NCBI GenBank assembly: GCA_947503335.1 | Contig: CANNCY010000004.1 | Coordinates: forward strand, 258,305 to 322,304 | Source: an uncultured Pseudomonadales bacterium | Lineage (GTDB): Bacteria > Pseudomonadota > Gammaproteobacteria > Pseudomonadales > CANNCY01 | DNA: 64,000 nt | Reading direction: 5' to 3' | Part shown: positions 61,986 to 64,000 of the stretch, in pieces | How the letters are laid out: each line of letters starts with the position of its first letter | Position numbering within the stretch: the first letter of the stretch is position 1 | Program-made: the position numbers and the translations under genes | The notes under the pieces: model-generated | Seen by the model: only the letters and a program-made list of their open reading frames with translations | The model's database searches: none | Told to the model about the DNA's origin: nothing

Positions 61986-64000
61986 CAGCTTACCTTACTC
62001 ACCGCCATAAACTTTTTAAGAATCTTGACGATCTCTTCGTCTTTATATGGCTTAGATATGACGTAGTCCATACCACCGTCAATGCACTGCTTATGTTCCG
62101 CAGCACTCGTAAGGGCGGTAGCACCAATTATGGTCGGCTTTGGTTCATGATTTAGTTGTCTTATCTTACCAGTTGCCGCAATACCTCCCATGCCTGGCAT
62201 GATGCAGTCCATAAAGATCAGGGGAGTTTGATTAGTAACATAATGTTCAATTGCGTCTTCTCCAGAACCAACCGTATCTACAGTAAGCCCTTGTGAGCTT
62301 AGCATATCGCTAAGAATAAATTGCTGAACAGGATCGTCATCTACTACAAGTGCACGAGTGCTTTCGACGGCCGTATCTTCAGCGTCCGAGTTAATAATCT
62401 CTTCTAATTTAAGGGCGAACTGACGATTGTCATTAGGGCGATAAAATGTGTGGTCTACGTGTTCATAAACGCCAGCAGCAACATCTGGGCTACTAACACT
62501 GAGTATCAGTTTGCACGGCGATGTTAGTTTCTTCATTCTTGTTCGAAGCGTTTTACAAAACGATCCTAGCTCAATCCCCTGTACCGTGTCAGTAAGCATA
62601 ACTGCGTCGTATTCTTCGACGATCTTGATATTTCTAAATAGCTCGCTTGGCTTTTCAATGGCCTCTACCTGCCCATAGTAGTCATTCAAAATATTCGATA
62701 AAACCGATACTTGCAAAGAGCTAGACCCACATACCAAAAATTTTCTTCCATCGAGAATCTTCTTTGGAGCATCAAACAAATCAGGAGAAATATCGATATT
62801 CATGACAAACCGGTGAAACTGATCTCCATGGCTAAACTGATGGGTCTCAAAGGTTGTACTGTCGTCTACTAAGCTACGTGCAATGTGACGGTTATCTGTC
62901 TCGTTGTCGGCTTCTTGCCAGTCGATGGCTGAGATTTCGTTAAATGGAGATTCAATGTCTTTGAAGTTCACAATTTCAAGCGTAAGTCCCACGTGATCGA
63001 TGGTGCTAGAGGATGTGGTATAGCATTTCAAAAATACGCAGTCATGCTTTAGCGAACTAATGACGTTTGATATATGAAGCAGAAGTAACCAATAAAAATT
63101 AACCGGGCTACCGTGAATTGTTAAGGGCAGCGTGCGATCAACATAGCATTCAAAAATCTTATCGTTACGCCGACATTTTGATGACACTGATAACGCAATT
63201 TCATTGATCATTTTAATTAACTGAATCGTATCTTGCTTTGTCGAAGCATTAGTAACGCTAAATATTTGATCAAAGTTCTCAGCAAGGCTCTCTAGCGTGT
63301 CGGTGGCGGTATTTATCTCGGTGCCCAATAGTGCAACTTCTTCAGATGCTTCGCTAACTAATACTTTGAGGCCACCTTTGATGGTATTCGATAGTGCCCT
63401 TATCTCGAATCCAATTACTTTGTACAAAGATGCATACAAATCAATATGCATCTGCGTGTCTTCAATTGACTGATAGAGTCGCTGGATACTCGAGTAGATT
63501 GTTCTCGCGTCGGTATGCATCGATGTGTCGTTAAGTGCTTCGGCGATGACAGATGAATTACCTGCACTCAGATCGTCTTTAATCTTGATAGAAAGCTCTT
63601 TTTCTTTTGCTATTCGATCATAGTAATGTGACCGCCTAGATGACTGATATTGATAGTCGATTAAAGATAAAATTACTGCTATCAAAATACATATAAGGCC
63701 CATAACAAAAATGTTATAGAGAGACTGAAGTTCAGTATCTCTATGCCTGACTACCGATGAAATGCGCCATTCTCTAAGCGAGTTGCGAAACTTGGCGATC
63801 GCTACTAAATCTTTAAGATTACGATTATTTTTGTACAGTTCTATGTGGAGATCTAAGTTGTGAATATCAAAGCTGCCAGCGGTTTGTATATAGTCTCGCT
63901 CATTGGCTGCAGCGTTCTTGAAGTGGCTTAAGGTGACATCAAGCGTCTCAAAATAATCAGATAAGCTTTCAGGGCTACACCGAGCTGGACAACTAAGTGC
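61985..64000 (-). CDS. Degenerate hybrid sensor (HK-like core lacking the phospho-acceptor His) with C-terminal receiver; 5' end beyond window
   Basis: My translation of the minus strand shows the frame stays open from the listed ATG (63703) up to nt 64000 (...ALSCPARCSPESLSDYFETLDVTLSHFKNAAANERDYIQTAGSFDIHNLDLHIELYKNNRNLKDLVAIAKFRNSLREWRISSVVRHRDTELQSLYNIFVMGLICIL...). The true start is therefore probably upstream and the listed Met sits in a TM helix. The H-box position reads GFEIRALSNTIKGG. The genuine receiver lies at the C-terminus (ALVVDDDP...IFMDCIMPGMGG...SKPY). Confidence 0.7.
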   Translation of the reverse strand, partial: ALSCPARCSPESLSDYFETLDVTLSHFKNAAANERDYIQTAGSFDIHNLDLHIELYKNNRNLKDLVAIAKFRNSLREWRISSVVRHRDTELQSLYNIFVMGLICILIAVILSLIDYQYQSSRRSHYYDRIAKEKELSIKIKDDLSAGNSSVIAEALNDTSMHTDARTIYSSIQRLYQSIEDTQMHIDLYASLYKVIGFEIRALSNTIKGGLKVLVSEASEEVALLGTEINTATDTLESLAENFDQIFSVTNASTKQDTIQLIKMINEIALSVSSKCRRNDKIFECYVDRTLPLTIHGSPVNFYWLLLLHISNVISSLKHDCVFLKCYTTSSSTIDHVGLTLEIVNFKDIESPFNEISAIDWQEADNETDNRHIARSLVDDSTTFETHQFSHGDQFHRFVMNIDISPDLFDAPKKILDGRKFLVCGSSSLQVSVLSNILNDYYGQVEAIEKPSELFRNIKIVEEYDAVMLTDTVQGIELGSFCKTLRTRMKKLTSPCKLILSVSSPDVAAGVYEHVDHTFYRPNDNRQFALKLEEIINSDAEDTAVESTRALVVDDDPVQQFILSDMLSSQGLTVDTVGSGEDAIEHYVTNQTPLIFMDCIMPGMGGIAATGKIRQLNHEPKPTIIGATALTSAAEHKQCIDGGMDYVISKPYKDEEIVKILKKFMAVSKVS

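Noticed and set aside
1-64000. Looked for mobile-element hallmarks (transposase, integrase, phage genes, tRNA/tmRNA attachment sites, flanking direct repeats) around the 27.4-kb left boundary of the adhesin block, and for rRNA/tRNA/CRISPR anywhere.
   Set aside because: None was recognised. The right boundary of the block lies beyond the window, so island status cannot be judged here.

Overview
The window looks like chromosomal DNA from a marine gammaproteobacterium; this is inferred from gene content only. All family calls come from reading motifs by eye, and no searches were run. Nt 1-27.4k is an ordinary mixed neighbourhood. It holds a 5'-truncated molybdopterin oxidoreductase, a GGDEF cyclase, an MFS transporter, hemH, several secreted peptidases and hydrolases (MBL, M14, M28, S9 prolyl oligopeptidase, esterase), a three-gene ECF-sigma module, an OMP pair, GST plus an M50 protease, a hybrid histidine kinase, a persulfide/sulfite-handling cluster and a CrtI-like flavoprotein. 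Nt 27.4-64k is one accessory block dominated by a single 20,973-nt ORF (6,990 aa, minus strand). That protein has an acidic disordered N-terminus, about 40 VCBS/tandem-95/cadherin-like repeats, four LamG-like modules, four DUF642/CBM-like modules, one NPCBM-like module, one L-type-lectin-like module, and a non-RTX C-terminal domain. The same C-terminal domain (about 150 aa) recurs at the end of the next gene (389 aa), which suggests a second substrate of the same exporter. Downstream lie a 155-aa orphan, a secreted trypsin-like protease and an FHA-domain membrane protein. Divergent from the giant gene are two translationally coupled ABC exporter genes and a hybrid sensor kinase. Both ABC proteins have degenerate signature and H-loop motifs, and one carries a C39-like N-domain. 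Convergent to these is a tightly coupled operon: degenerate sensor-REC, TolC-like, H-NOX (NO sensor), hybrid kinase. No HlyD-family membrane fusion protein, LapG/LapD, rRNA, tRNA, CRISPR, transposase or integrase was recognised. The giant gene contains mosaic near-identical internal duplications.
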